Part shown: piece by piece, positions 38,528 through 52,034 of the stretch
Layout of the letters: each line of letters opens with the position of its first letter
Position numbering within the stretch: the first letter of the stretch is position 1
Assembly (NCBI GenBank): GCA_024137785.1
Contig: JAHRHZ010000095.1
Location: 3,691,640 to 3,755,639, forward strand
DNA length: 64,000 nucleotides
Source of the DNA: Ginglymostoma cirratum
Lineage: Eukaryota
Direction of reading: 5' to 3'
Position numbers and translations under genes: made by a program
Notes under the pieces: model-generated
Told to the model about the DNA's origin: nothing
Seen by the model: only the letters and a program-made list of their open reading frames with translations
The model's database searches: none

Positions 38528-39659
38528 TAAAATCAACTGTTCAGTACAGATGTCAATACTACCAGTAGCATCCACTGTATGGGCTACAGAATTCTATTAT
38601 TCACACTTCATGAGTGATTCAGAGGCTGGCCCTATTTTTTCTATGGTTTATTCACGGTTTATCCTTTTTTTATATTTACTTCCTGTTCCTAATCTGTGTA
38701 TACATGTTGTGTTATTGTCTTTTCTCTCATTTAGTCATAACAAATACATCCTTTTGTTAATTCAAGAAAGCCTGGTTGAATAAGAGATAATAAACAGCTT
38801 TTCAAACAAAAATTAATTCAGTTTGGGAAGAAGGTATCCAAAACAGAGGGAATCCTTTCTAAATTAGCTTGACTCTGATTAACTGAAGGAGGTGGATAAA
38901 TAAAGAAGGGAGCCAAATAATCCCTTCACACCTGGGAGTTTAAAATGTTAATGTGTCTTGTGTGGAACCACAGTAACTTGGGAAATGTCACCCAGGATCT
39001 GGACAGAACACATTGAGGACTTATCTATGATCTGGCTGTTACAATACACATTCAATTTGTTTTATTATTTTGGAAGATCCATTCTGGTACAAGCTTCTCA
39101 ATAACAGGCCAGTGGCTTGTCCCTGTTCTCAGGGAGCATTAGTTGTAGATGCCTTCTTCCTTTTAGAATCCTTTTTCTTCTATTCTCACACCAGTTTTTC
39201 AAAACAGCTCATATTATGACTTTAAACTTGAAGTCAATTTAACACTTCATTCTATTTGCTAAGGGTCCACTTCTGTTGTTTGTTGTCATGTGTGGTCTGG
39301 TCTGTGGGGTCATGTTAAAACTCCCACACTTTCTTTTGACAACATAGCCTTATTGCTGCTTGATCCCATTTGTCAATTGCTAAGTAGCGTATAACATTAA
39401 ATGTGTAATTCTGAGCTGAAAATTTAAGACAACTTCAAATGTGAGCATAACCTTAAACATACATTTATTCATTAAAATGAGAGGTTGACTTTTATTTCAG
39501 GAGTAAACTTAAGCATACATTTTGGCACTGAAAAATCAGATGATCTTATACAACCTGTCAGTTTATATGCCATGATACAAAATATACATGTTAAAAATGT
39601 TGAAATATTTTGGAATCTAATGCATTGCATGTTAAATATTGGTGTATGAAAATTTGATG

Positions 39660-40865
39660 TTTAATTTTTTGAGGAAGTAACCAAAAAGATTGATGAGGGC
39701 AGTGCAGTAGGTGTTGTTTTCGTGAACTTCAGTAAAGCCTTTGATGAAGTTCCGCATGGTAGACTAATTAGTAAAGTTAGAGCACATGGGATTCAGGGTG
39801 AGCTTGCTAATTGGATACAAAACTGGTTTTATGGTAGGAGACAGAGGGTGGTGGTGGAAGGTTGTTTCTCAGATTAGAGGCCTGTGATCAGCGGTGTTTT
39901 ACAGGTATCAGTACTGGGTCCACTATTGTTCTTCATTTATATAAGTGATTTGGATGAGAGTTATGGAGGCATGGCTAGTAAGTTTGCAGATGATGCGAAA
40001 ATTGATGGCATAGTGGACAGTGAAGAAATGTTAGTGACAGTGTTATCCTAGATTACAAAGTGATCTTGATCACTTGGCTCAATCAGCTGAGGAATGGCAG
40101 ATGGAGCTTCATTTAGATAAAAGCAAGATATTGCATTTTGGTCAATAAACCAGGGCAGGATTTATACAATTAATGGTAGGGCCCTGGGTAGTGTTGTAGA
40201 ACAGATAGACCTATAGGTTCAGGTAATAATTCTTGAAATTTGCCTCACAGTTAGACAGGGTGGTTAAGAAAGCATTTAACACACTTGCTTTCATTGCTCA
40301 GATCTTTGACTACATGAGTTGGGATGCCATATTGAGGTTGTACAGCGTGTTGGTGAGACCTCTTCTGGAGTAACGCATGAAATTCTGGTTGCTCTGTTAC
40401 AAGAAGATATTATTAAACTGGAGAAGGTTCAGAAAATATTTACCAGAATGTTGCCGGGGTGGAAGGTTGAATATAAACATATTTTTTCACTGGAACATAG
40501 AAGGCTCAGGGGTGACTTTATAGAGATTTATAAAATCATGAGAGGCATATCTAAGGTGAATAGCAAATGTCTTTACCCTAAATTGGAGGAAATCAAATCT
40601 AGGGGGTATATTTTTAAGGTGAGAGACGAAAGATTTAGAAAGAATGTGAGGCACGTTTTTACAAGTGGTTAGTGTGTGGAATGAACTGTCAGGGGATGTG
40701 GTAGATGCAGGCACAGTTACAACATTTAAAAGGCATCTGGATGGGTATATGAATAGGAAGGATTTGGCGGGATATGGGCCAAATGCTGGCAAATGGGACT
40801 AGATTAATTTGGATATCTGGTCAGCATGGATGAGTTAGACCAAAGGATTCGATGACTATATGACT
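39660..40865 (+). mobile_element. CR1 (HER1-like) LINE 3' 1.2 kb
   Basis: FFEEVTKKIDEGSAVGVVFVNFSKAFDEVPHGRL...SKFADDAK...LEKVQKIFTRMLPG...SLEHRRLRGDFIEIYKIM; tail gactatatgact. Confidence 0.95.
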
Positions 40866-40879
40866 GTAATAGATGAAAT

Positions 40880-41590
40880 TAGCTGTTTCATGGCGCCAAT
40901 ATGCAGTAGTAACACAAGTGGTGCTCATTACTAACACTGGTGTCAATCCAAGAAGAGGTTCTGCCTATCACATAAATGAATCACGTAGCATGTGAATTTG
41001 AATGTTGGCGTGATGCCAAGTAAGTAGACCATAAGTTCAAAAGATTGTTGGATCATATTAAACATCATTCAATTTCAACTGTTCAAAAAAGGCAAGCTAT
41101 TAGTCATAAACAAACAATCCGCGCTTGCAAAACAGTATCCAAAATTAAATGTAACCTTTCAATTAGACAGTATTTACTGGATAATCCTGAGTGTACAAAG
41201 ATTTACACTGACAACCAATTTCAGATTGTCAATCAGACTTACAGTGTGGCACACTTACATGTGCTGAAGGATCCTGTTCTTTACAGGTAGAATGAGCATG
41301 TAGATGATGAGCCTATTTCATCAACAAAATAGTTGGTAACTATTCACCTGTTCATTTCTCACGGGAGCGCCCTGACAAATCAGAGTCAAACTGTCTGGTA
41401 TAAATTTTAAATAAACTTGGCAGTTAACTGTCAGTTATTATTAATGTCAATGCCTATCCCAATCAATGTCCACTTCCCAACCAATCAGCCACAAAGTTTT
41501 CCTCTAGAATTGTCCTTCTCAATTGCCCTGATAAGTACAAGTTGAAAAGCATTAGCTAAATTAGTTTTTGCAACAATGCTCAAGTCTTAT
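40880..41590 (+). mobile_element. PLE family 3 remnant (GIY-YIG domain + terminus)
   Basis: EVLPIT*MNHVACEFECWRDAK*VDHKFKRLLDHIKHH...IRQYLLDNPECTKIYTDNQFQIV...HLHVLK; eroded hammerhead cctgataagtacaagttgaaaagcatt at 41527-41553. Confidence 0.7.
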
Positions 41591-42804
41591 CATGTATCTC
41601 CTTTTCCTCCAACCAGTCTTTCTTTAAAAATTAACATGGACTCTACTTAAATAACAGCCCCACAAATCTCTCTGTAAAAAATGTTTTTCTTGTTCTCTGC
41701 CCTTGAGATGGTCCATAAGTCTTTTCTGTTCTGATGAAACAAATCTCAAGTTTTAAAAGTAGATTGCATTTTGTAGACAATTTTATTTCCTCATGCCAGG
41801 CATCATTTATCACTCCAGTTGTTTTCAATTATGGACCCTAAATAAGCTGGATGGCACATTTGCCCCAAATGCCATGCAAGACAGTACTCTCCAATTCTCT
41901 GGTGATAAACTAATGCAAACATTTGCTATGAACTCAACTGAATCCTTTGTAGTGAACATAGTAGAAAATTAGAAACAACATAGCAAATGGATATTTCTGC
42001 CCTAAAGGAAAATCTGCCTGCATTTGTGTCTCAATTTGTCAATAATGCTTGCTTCTTGAAAATGATATGCTGAACAATCCTTATATATCTTAAAAAATGA
42101 TAGATTTTTAACTAAGCATAGCATAAAAGCTTGTTTTAGATCATCTTCATTCACTTCATCAGAAATTCTTACTAGAAATTATTATACTTGGACACACTAC
42201 AACTTAATTTAAAAAACCATGAAATCCATATTTATTGGGTGGCAACACAATTTTCATCATTTTTCAAATATAAAAGGCAAACATATTTTAACATCCTTGA
42301 AAATTATTTCTGCACGATAAAATACTTGCAATGCCTAAAATACAACACAGCACAGTTGAACAGTTAAACAGTTGAATTCTCACCCTTTGAAAAACTTAGA
42401 AAAAAGATAATTGGGAACCATCAGCATGGTTTTGGCAAAAAGATTTCATGTTAACCAATTTATTGGAGCTTTTTGAAAAAATAACTTGCACTGTGGAAAA
42501 CAGGGAACATGTTGATGTGTGTACTTGAATTTTCAGAAAGCATTTGGTAAAGTGCCACATCAAAGGTTATTGAGGAAAGTAAAATGAATCATTGCATAGA
42601 GGTAATGTATGAGCTTGGATAAAACTTTAGCTGGCTGGCAGAAAACAGAGAATATGTACAATGGATCTTTTTCTGATCGTTAAGATAAGATAACAGGAAT
42701 CCTGCCGCGGACTGTCTCAACATTTTATTATTGCATCAATGAGTTGAATGAGGAGGCCAAAGGGAAAATAGGTAAATTCACAGATAACACCAAAGATAGA
42801 TAGC

Positions 42805-43555
42805 AGGCTAGGCCAGAATTTAGTGGTGGTCTCTAGTTGCCCATGAGAAAGTGGTGGTGAGCTGCCTTCTTGAAGCACTGCAGTCATTGGTACAGTGTAG
42901 ACCCATAAAGCCTGAAGGGAGAGAATTCCAGAATTTTGATTCAGCCTCCCTGACAGAGTGGTGATGTATTTCCAAGACAGAATGGTGAGTGCTGGGAGAG
43001 AACCTTGCAGATGGTGGTGTTTCCACATATCTTTCCATGTTGCCCTTGTCTTTCTAGTTGGTACTGGTTGTGGGTTTGAAACATGCTGCCTAAGGAGCCT
43101 TGGTGAATTTCTGCAGTGCAACTTGTAGGTGATGCACTCTGCTGCGACTGAGCTTCAGCAGTGGAGGGAATGAACGTTTGTGGATGTGATGCTGATTAGG
43201 TGGGCAATATTGTCCTAGGTGGATTCGAGCTTCTTGATGCTCCTGGAGCTGTATGTAACCAGGAAAATGGGGTGTATTCCATAAAACTCCTGACTTATGC
43301 CTTGTAAATTTTGTGGAGTCAGATGATGAATTATTCATTGCAGGAGTCTTGGCTTCTGGCCTGCTCTTGTTGCCACAGTATTTATATGGGTTATCTAATT
43401 TAGTTTCAGGTCAAGGATACCCCTCCAACACTACCAATCCCCACCCCCATCCCCAGCACCCCCCACCCCAGGATGCTGATAGCAATGGATTCAGTTATGC
43501 TGATACCATTGAAAGTCAAGGAGAGAAAGTTTCTCCCTTGTCAGAGATGATCATT
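42805..43555 (-). mobile_element. Second LINE family 3' fragment, inserted antisense in CR1
   Basis: Reverse complement of 13400-14030, including caagaaggcagctcaccacca and tail ctggcctagcc. Confidence 0.85.
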
Positions 43556-43921
43556 GCTAAAGTATGTTGTAAACAAGATGTAAGGAAGTTGCAAATGGGT
43601 ATAGATAGGTTGAGTGATTAGGCAGAAGTCTGACAGATGGAGACACTGTGCAAAAATATGAAGGTGCACAGAATAAGGAAAAAATTAAAAAATGTAAAAA
43701 TAAAGTATTTCAACAAAAAATGATTTAAGAATTCTGAGGGTTCGATGCATGAGTCACAAAATATTAATATGTAGGAACAGCACATTATCAGAAAGGTTAA
43801 TAAGATAGTATCTTGTGTTACAAGAGGAATTGAACAGAAAAGTAAGGATATTACACTTCAATTTTTTGGGCATTGTGAGGCCATATCTTAGATACAGTGT
43901 GTAGTTTTAGTCTTTTTTTAA

Positions 43922-44040
43922 AACTATTTTTCTAATCGACCTGTTCAGAGATGTTATTATACACCTTTCAAAAAGTGGGACTTGAACCCCAGCCTCCCAG
44001 TCCAGGGATAGGGATACTACCACTGTAGCACAAAGGGCCT
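43922..44040 (-). mobile_element. Family B short SINE (copy 1 of tandem pair)
   Basis: Reverse complement ggccctttgtgctacagtggtagtatccctat...ggggttcaagtcccac. Confidence 0.85.
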
Positions 44041-44056
44041 TGGTCTTCTTATTTAA

Positions 44057-44193
44057 TTTTCACTATAATTTTACCTATTTTACTAATCAACCTATTTAGG
44101 GGTGTTATTACACACCTCTAGAGCAACTGGGACTTGAACCTGGGCCTCCCTGTCCATGGGTAGGGACACTACCACTGAGCTGCAAGAGGACTC
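44057..44193 (-). mobile_element. Family B short SINE (copy 2 of tandem pair)
   Basis: Reverse complement gagtcctcttgcagctcagtggtagtgtccctacc...ccaggttcaagtcccag. Confidence 0.85.
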
Positions 44194-44990
44194 TTGATCT
44201 CCTTACTTAAAGAAAAATATAAATACATTGCGGGTAACTCAGAGCAGGTTTGCTAGATTGATACCTGGAATGAGTGGGTTGTCTATTCTAACAAGGATAG
44301 GTTAGACATGCTAGGCAAGTTCCCACTGGAGTTTAGATTAGTGAAGAGTGACTGAATTGCAGTACATAATATCCTGAATCCTTTTGCTTCCTCTCATGGG
44401 TCTGTCCAAAACTAGGAGGCATTGTTCTAAAATTAGGCATTGTTCTTTCAAGATAGAGATGAGGATTCCTTTTTTCTCTCAATGGATTGTAGGACTTTGG
44501 AATTCTCTGCCTCAGAAGACGATGGAGTCGGAGTCAGAGTCACTGAAATATTTGTAAGGTTAGAGGTGGATAGATTTTTGGTGGGCAGGGGAATCAATAG
44601 TTACCAGGGATAATTTGGCAGAGCAGGTTCAATGGACCAAATAGTCTACTTCTGCTCCTGTTATGAATATTTTTATTAGAGAAAACAGAAAGGCGGTAAA
44701 TTAAAACAGCTATCTTTTTAGGTACATGTACATTAGTTTCACAATTATAGACCTGAAAAAGGAGCATTTGTAAAAATACGGTAATAAATTTATTCAATGT
44801 CTAATAACAATATACTAGATTCAGAAACATTTAATTTCCTATTATCACTTTTTATTGTGTTTCAACAGCAGTATTGTGATGTTGGCCATTTCAACAAAAA
44901 TAAGAGTAGGAAATTTAAAGGATATGAAAAAAAAAGTTTTATTTTTAGCAGATCAATAGGGACGATGTAATGAATGTACACAAACCCATG

Positions 44991-45143
44991 AACAAAAACG
45001 GAAGTTGCTGAAAAAGCTTAGCAAGTCTGGCAGCATCTGTGAAGAAAAATCAGAGTTGACATTTCAGGCCCAGTGACTCTTCCTCAGAACCAATGGTAGC
45101 TAGGAAAATAGTTTTTCCCAGTTTTTCTTTTGGCTTCTATTTG
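44991..45143 (-). mobile_element. PLE family 2 terminal fragment with perfect 15-bp TSD
   Basis: gtacacaaacccatg at 44976-44990 and 45144-45158; hammerhead-like gttctgaggaagagtcactgggcctgaaatgtcaac on -. Confidence 0.85.
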
Positions 45144-45546
45144 GTACACAAACCCATGTTGCTATTTCCCTCTCTCATCTTCTTGCTCGGATTTTTTTGA
45201 ATAATACTAATGGATCCTCACTGAATTAGACTGTTATTAAACAGTTAAATCATCTTCAAATCTATTCGGTGTATGAAGCTTACAGCACAAAATGAAGGAA
45301 ACGTGCCCTTTGAGCCTGTGCAGCCATCTTCAAGAGCAAATTAGCAAGACCCAGTCCCAGTCTTTTCCTACAGCCATATGCTTCTTTTTTCTCTTTTGTC
45401 ATGTGATTATCAGTTTACTTTTAAAAAGTCATAATTGAATCTGTTTCCATCAGGTTCTCAGCCTATCTACTTCACATCCGAACCACTAAATAGGTAGTAC
45501 TGAACCTAAACATTACTAAAAGGAGAAAAAAGGTTGATTTTTTTTG

Positions 45547-46218
45547 TGATAACAAGGTGTGAAGCTGGATGAACACAGCAGGCCAAGCAGCATCATAGGA
45601 GCAGGAAAACTTGACGTTTCGGGCCTAGACGCTTCATCAGAAATGGGGGAGGGGTAGAGGGTTCTGAAATAAATAGGGAGAGAGGGGGAGGCAGATAGAA
45701 GATGGATTGAGGAGAGGATATGTGGAGAGGAGGCAGACAAGTCGAAGAGGCGGGGATGGAGCCAGTAAAGGTGAGTGTAGGTGGGGGGGTAGGGAGGAGA
45801 TAGGTCAGTCCAGGGAGGACGGACAGGTCAAGATGAGGTTAGTAGATAAGAGATGGGGGTGGGGCTTGAGGTGGGAGGAGAGGATAGGTGAGAGGAAGAA
45901 CAGGTTAGGGAGGTGGAGATGAGCTGGGCTGGTTTTGGGATGCGGTTGGGGGAGGGAAGATTTTGAAGCTTGTGAAATCCACATTGATACCATTGGGTTG
46001 CAGGGTTCCCAGGCTGAATATGATTTGCTGTTCCTGCAGCCTTCGGGTGGCAACACTGTGGCATTGCAGGAGGCCCAGGATGGACATGTCGTCTGAGGAA
46101 TGGGAGGGGGAGTTGAAATGGTTCGCGACTGGGAGGTGCAGTTGTTTGTTGCGAACTGAGCGCAGGTGTTCTGCAAAGCGGTCCCCAAGCCTCCGCTTGG
46201 TTTCCCCGATGTAGAGGA
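45547..46218 (-). mobile_element. PLE family 1: GIY-YIG endonuclease region, UTR and hammerhead terminus
   Basis: LYIGETKRRLGDRFAEHLRSVRNKQLHLPVANHFNSPSH...RRLQEQQIIFSLGTLQPNGIN; minus atttCTGATGAagcgtctaggcccGAAAcgTCaag at ~45610-45644. Confidence 0.92.
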
Positions 46219-46479
46219 ATTTTTTTTGTCTTGTGCTAATCAAAATTAGGATGCAAGAAACAAACCTGAAAAAAGACAGATGCTATTTATACAGCACAAC
46301 AAGAGGGTGCTGATTGTTCCATCCTCCACAAATGCTTCTGCTTTTGTCCCCTCCTTTACACCCCCACATCCTTTGGCAGTGTTCCTACTTCCCCTCACAG
46401 AACTTCTTTAACAATCGACTGATACTTCCCCAGGATTGTACTTCAATGAGCAGTCCCTAGCAATAACTGACCAGACGCC

Positions 46480-46800
46480 TGAGGGGTCTTGACATGGTTG
46501 ATGTTGAAAGGAGGTTTTCTCATGGGAGGTGCTAGAATTGGGGAATATAGAGCTTAAAATAAAGGGTCTCCCAATTAAGATGGACATTAGGAGATTTTCT
46601 TTCTCAGAGAGTAATATGTCTTTGGAACTCTCTTCCCAAGACAGCTGTGGTCATTGAATACATTTAAGGCAGAAATAAATATATTCTTGACTAACAACGG
46701 AATCAAAGGTTATCGAAGTAGTTCAGAATGTGAGGTTGTAGCCAGAATCAGATCAGCTATGAGGATAGAGAAGTTAAATGTTCAAATCCTGCTCCTAATT
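46480..46800 (+). mobile_element. CR1 3' end
   Basis: RGLDMVDVERRF...LWNSLP...LNTFKAEINIFL. Confidence 0.8.
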
Positions 46801-47557
46801 ATATTTTACATAATTTCACAAACACAATATGAACCTTTATGTTGCAAATTTTCTGAGGACTTCACCTGAAGAAAATCAACATTTGCTAAATGTACCGTAT
46901 CGGAGATCATTTAGAAATTACCAGGACAAAGTGAGTGCTTGCTCATGGGGATATTGCTAAGTATCGCCTTGTTTAGGAGGAGTTATAGAAGGCAGAAATG
47001 AAGCTTGCCAGAATAGCATCAAAATCTGGAGGAAAAAATGGGAGTTCCCTTTGCTAAGTTGCTGAACTTTGCAGTTCTAGTAATCATGACAGCAATTAAG
47101 CAAAATTATCAAGAGAAGGAACATCAAAATGAGTGAACTAGGGGACCACCTGTCAGGTTCCAAATAGATGTCTCCCATGTTTGGGAGTAAACACATGGTA
47201 TCCTCTATCTTCAGACTCTGGTCCAGGATTTCTTCAGATTCCTCATTTCCCACATCAATGAGTTCATATATTCACACTCAATCCCATTTCTTTCCTCATG
47301 AACAACAACAATAAGAATGACTAACAATTCCAGTACTATCTTGTCCCAAACTCACTTCTTATCTAAGCTAAAACAAACAATGGAAACATGATACAACCGA
47401 GATTGCTTAAAACTAATGATCGAGTCACCACATGCTAATCCTTAGTGGCCATCCTCTAAGGTTTTTCCCACTCTAGAGTTTCTACAAATTTCAACCTTCG
47501 TGGTAGCAGCATGCAAGTTAGATGGCTGCTGAGGTTCAGAAACAACAGTCCAAATAT

Positions 47558-47679
47558 CCGAGATAAAAGGTACTGCAGATGCTGGAGAATCCGAGATAAC
47601 AAGCATGGGGCTGGATGAACACAGCAGGTCAAGCAGCATCATAGGAGCAGGAAAACTTGACGTTTCGGGCCTAAACCCT
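47558..47679 (-). mobile_element. PLE family 1 terminal fragment
   Basis: actgcagatgctggagaatccgagataacaagcatggggctggatgaacac...gacgtttcgggcctaaaccct. Confidence 0.88.
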
Positions 47680-48864
47680 CCTCCAGGGACATCCTTTACT
47701 GGCTGTGAGCCATACAGGCCTGCCTCAGACACCACTATCTTTGTATGGATTTAGTTGCCTGGGCAACCTGGCTGATTGACATTCAATCCATTTCCCTTGC
47801 TGTTGCCTAAACAGAGAACTTCATTGTTGCCATGCAAAGTGAAGCTAGCTTCCTTTTCCATGATTTCTACACCATTACTTCAGTCTGGAAGCCAAATTAT
47901 CTACTGGAGAACAGATATTTGTGCAGCTGAGACAATCTGTAAGCCCCTTTCAACCAGAGTGTCACAGGTCACTATTATGACTGCCTAAATTTCCATCACA
48001 ACACTTCGTTATTTTATGAAAGACATTAGTCATGCAATAGAAATGATATAGGGTCCAGCTGTAGGACTTTTTCATTCTTTAAGAATTTGGCACTCCTTTT
48101 AAGTTATTATGAAGGCAGTGGGGCCTGCAACCTTAATTATAGTTACATATTTAGGGAGTAGAGATCAAGAATAGTTACGGCCATGTAAGAAGCCAAAGTT
48201 GCAGAATCCTCTAAGTAGAAAAAGACTATTGATTGTTAATGGGTGTATTTTCAAGTGTGTATGTGTGGGTGTGAGTATGAGCATACATGCATTTGTATGT
48301 GATGCCACACATAGTTGAAGATCTGTGAAAGGTGTCTGAGGTGCGAGGCATGTCTATGAAAGGTGCACTAGTATGAAGTACATTTCATGCTTATATATAG
48401 GTATGTATTGTAAAATTATTAATTGTACAAAAAGGTAAAAACTGTGTTATAAGAGTAACACTTCAATGTAAAACTTGAAGTTTGTCAACTTTTCCTGATC
48501 TCGTGATCATATATCCAAGTGGAGAGGTGACAGTTGTTTTTTGCACTTGTTTGGCAACTTTTTGTCTTACTACCAATTGCTGTCTTTCAACATCATTGTA
48601 AAATGATCTTTAGCATTTTATTTCTCACTGTTTTACATGCATGATTGCTTCATCATACATTGGTCTGAACTGGCTTCTGTTCCTTCCCAATATAACCCGA
48701 TGATCAGGAATTACTTTGTATGTTCTGGGTTGGGTCCATTTTCTGGACACTGCTGGTATGCAAGTATTTGGATTTGGATTTCTGACTCACACTGTCTGAT
48801 CAGTGTACAGTTTTGTTAGTTCTCTTCCTACTCAATTACATTTGCTAGGGAAGCAGTACGAAGC

Positions 48865-49435
48865 AAGCTGATGGAACTGTGAGTTGACAAGTCTCCAGAT
48901 CCAGATGGACTTCATTTTAGAATTTTAAAAGAGGTTACGAATGAGATGTTGTATTTAATTTTCCAAAATTTCCTGGATTCATGGAATATTCCATCAAACT
49001 GGGAAGTAGCAAATGTAACTCCTCTTTTCATGACAGAAGAAGGCAGAAAACAGGTACTATGGGCCAATTAGCTTGTGGCCTGGAATAGGAAGGTATTGCA
49101 ATTGATCATTAAAGAGGTTGTAGTTGCACACTTAGAAATACTTAAGTTAACTGAAAGAGTCAGCAGGGAGATTCTTTTTAATCAATTGCACTCTATGCAG
49201 TTTTGGTCTCCTTGTAAAAATATGAAAATGCACTGGAAGTGATTCAGAATAAGTTTACTGGATTAATAGCTAGAATGAGTTGATTGTCTCATGAAGACAG
49301 GTTGGACAGGTTTCCACTAGAGTGACAGTACCTAGGAGAATGAGGGATAACATGATTAAAGCGTATACAATCTTTAATGGTCTTGACAAGGTGGATGCGG
49401 AAAGTATGCTTCCTTTATGGGTCAGTCCAGAACTT
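48865..49435 (+). mobile_element. CR1 fragment, internally deleted
   Basis: DKSPDPDGLHFRILKE...IFQNFLDSWNIPSNWEVANVTPLF joined to C-terminal CR1 motifs. Confidence 0.8.
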
Positions 49436-49437
49436 AG

Positions 49438-49565
49438 GTGCTTGTTCCACCTTCTCAATACTTTCTTCCAAATGTGAATAGGATATGATTCAGATTTTGT
49501 AATTACATTCACTTTGCAATAGTCCACAAATAATTGTTGGCTACCATCTTGTTTTGGCACTATTG
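49438..49565 (-). mobile_element. Gypsy RT fragment
   Basis: VPKQDGSQQLFVDYCKVNVITKSESYPI; homologous to 54150-54280. Confidence 0.75.
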
Positions 49566-50759
49566 TTCCTACTTAAAATTCCAAGCCCTCACAAACTGTT
49601 TACACTAATAGCTCTGAGTAGGCCGCTCAGCATCTCTCTGAACTTTTCTTCATTAAAAAAATACCCACGACAAAATACACCTCTTAAGGTGATAGTATTT
49701 TCACAGTTTCTTTCATATCAGGCTAGGCAAGTTTTCTTGGCTATTATCTGAAACTTGCCTCAGTACATATGCACCATGGCCCTACAGTGCTTCACCTGTT
49801 ATACTGTATTTGCTGTTGTACATCAAGGGATCCCTAGCAGCAGCACCATCCCATCTTTAAAAGACCATTGTGCATCTGGTCAAGAGCTAATAGTCTCGAG
49901 CAGTTCTATGCAATTTGATTAACTTGCTCCTGACATGACAGAGCAGGGGAAATTGGCTCCTCACTTAGCCTGGAGGTCTTGGTGGACAGAGTGCTATAGT
50001 GGAGAGCCTTTCTATTCCTCCAGGGCTGGCAGAGGAAGCCACAGCATCAGACTCTGCCAGCCTCATCCTAGGTTGCCACATGGGTCAGTGAGGTCTGGTA
50101 CCAAATTGGTAAGAAAAAAATTTTTAGCAGGCTTCCGGGTATAGATTTTAAGTAATTTTTAGCTATATTCTCTTTCTTGAGGGCTTTGTACTCATGCTAT
50201 GACAAGTCATTTACTGTCTTTTTTAAGAACTGCAGGACCCCAAGCTTATTTTTAAAAAGAGACATGTCTTCTAACTTGAAAATACTTCCTAATCAGAAAT
50301 GAAGTAGTTTTTGCAGAACAATGCCTATCTACACTTCTTGCTTACAGAAACAGATACTGTTGATCATCCAAATTCTGTGATGCCCAGAGCTTTTGTAGTT
50401 GATCTTTAAATTTAGTTTTGGGTATCTACTACTGAAATCTTAGAGTCATTTCTTTTTAGATGGCCACTGCTGATAATCATGATGATGAATCTTTTATCTC
50501 TGGCAGGATATCTTTACTTGTTGCAGTAGTTCTTATGTTATCTCCCCATTACAGGCACTTTACTACCTGAGCTATTTGCTTACAGAGTGGGGCATGCTTA
50601 CATCAGCTCATCATGCTTCAACTGGCTCAAGTTAAGATGGAATCTGAGACATTATACCCTTAGGTCACATGCTTTGATACAGAGATGATACCATGAGGAT
50701 GTTTCTGAAAGGTATATTGACATACTCGCTTAAAAATTTGAGCACAAATTTATAGTGTA

Positions 50760-51470
50760 TGAAATGTGTTGAAATATGCAAGATTCTGAGGAGTCTTGAC
50801 AAGGTGGATATTGAGATGATATTTCCACTTATGCAGGAATCTTGAATTAGTGCACATAGAGTAAGGGGACACTACTCATTCAAAAATGAGACACAAAAGT
50901 AATTTCTTCTCAGAGAATCATGAATATCCAGAGTTATCTACACCAGAGCGAAGGCAATAGCCTAGTAGTATTATCGCTGGATTGTTAATCCAGAGAGTCA
51001 GATAATGATCTGGGGACCCACGTTTGAAACCCACCACAGCAGATGGTGACATTTGAATTCAATAAATATCTAGAATTAAGAATCTAATGGTGACTGTAAA
51101 TCCATTTTTGATTGTTGGAAAAGCCTGTCTTGTTCACTAATGTCTTTTAGAGAAGGAAACTGCCATCCTTACCCAGTCTGGTCTACATGTGAGTCCAGAC
51201 CCACAGCAATGTGGTTGACTCTTATGCTGCCTTGCCAGTGAAGCCCTCATCCTGTGAATGAATAAAGGGAAAAAAAAAGAGTTCTGGCGTCTAGATCACT
51301 CAAAGTACACGAACAGGAGATATCTGTATTTTTGAAATATCAAGGAGGCAGTGGCAATAAGGATCTGGCACAAAAGAGGATTTGAGACCATGGGCACATC
51401 AGCCGTGAGCATATAGAATGACAGGGCTTGCTTGAGGAGCTGAACGACCTCTTTCTTTTGCTGTTATATT
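50760..51470 (+). mobile_element. CR1 3' end interrupted by a family A SINE
   Basis: KILRSLDKVDIEMIFPL...FFSQRI..., resumes after the SINE poly-A. Confidence 0.7.
50950..51279 (+). mobile_element. Family A SINE
   Basis: ggcaatagcctagtagtattatcgctgg...gccatccttacccagtctggtctacatgtgagtccagacccacagcaatgtggttgactct...poly-A. Confidence 0.85.
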
Positions 51471-52034
51471 AGTGATTCACCAAGCACCTGTTTTGATCTT
51501 TCAAAATAATTCCTTTGGTCTAGGCAATATTATTTTTGAATGTGCTTTAATCATTTCACAAATGCAAAAAAAAAAGCTTATGGATAAGGTTGATTTTTTT
51601 TTTCTAGAGCGGCATTTAGAAAGAACTTTCATGCTACTTTTAATGTTTATTGGCACATATTGCACATACCAGACTGATTCATTCAAATTTCAAATTGTAT
51701 AAATTTCAAATCCTATGTTATAAACTGGTTACAGTTGCTGGTGACTACAAATAGCCTGGACATTGCTGTTGTCAAAAATATTTATGACAGCAGCAAATAT
51801 GAAATTCTGAGCAGCATGTGTAGAGTCTGTTATATAATTTAGTTCCTGACTGACCATGACTTGGTTCAAAAATTACTGTCTAAGCATCGAGGATATCATA
51901 CATTATTTGGCATGTCCACGAACTTGTAGTGCTTTTTATTTCTTGAACAACTGCTGATTAGAGGGTTGTGGGGAGTGTAATCTACCTGATTCCAATTATC
52001 ATGCATTATATTTTCAAGTTGCTTGACTACCGAC

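Larger units (their letters stand above)
42405..44670 (+). mobile_element. CR1 LINE carrying three nested insertions
   Basis: HQHGFGK...LTNLLELFE...LNFQKAFGKVPHQRLL...KFTDNTKID | insertion | KVCCKQDVRKLQMGIDRLSD...C-terminus and tail. Confidence 0.85.

Noticed and set aside
37765-38530. 160-aa and 175-aa Pro/Ser-rich ORFs
   Set aside because: Off-frame readings of the PLE endonuclease end and its C-rich UTR.
48630-48780. Minus-strand PRTYKV...ILGRNRSQFRP resembling a Gypsy integrase C-terminus
   Set aside because: Too short and isolated to support without a profile search.
51843-51929. Possible terminal exon (FLTDHDLVQKLLSKHRGYHTLFGMSTNL*)
   Set aside because: Short, weak acceptor, no recognisable homology.
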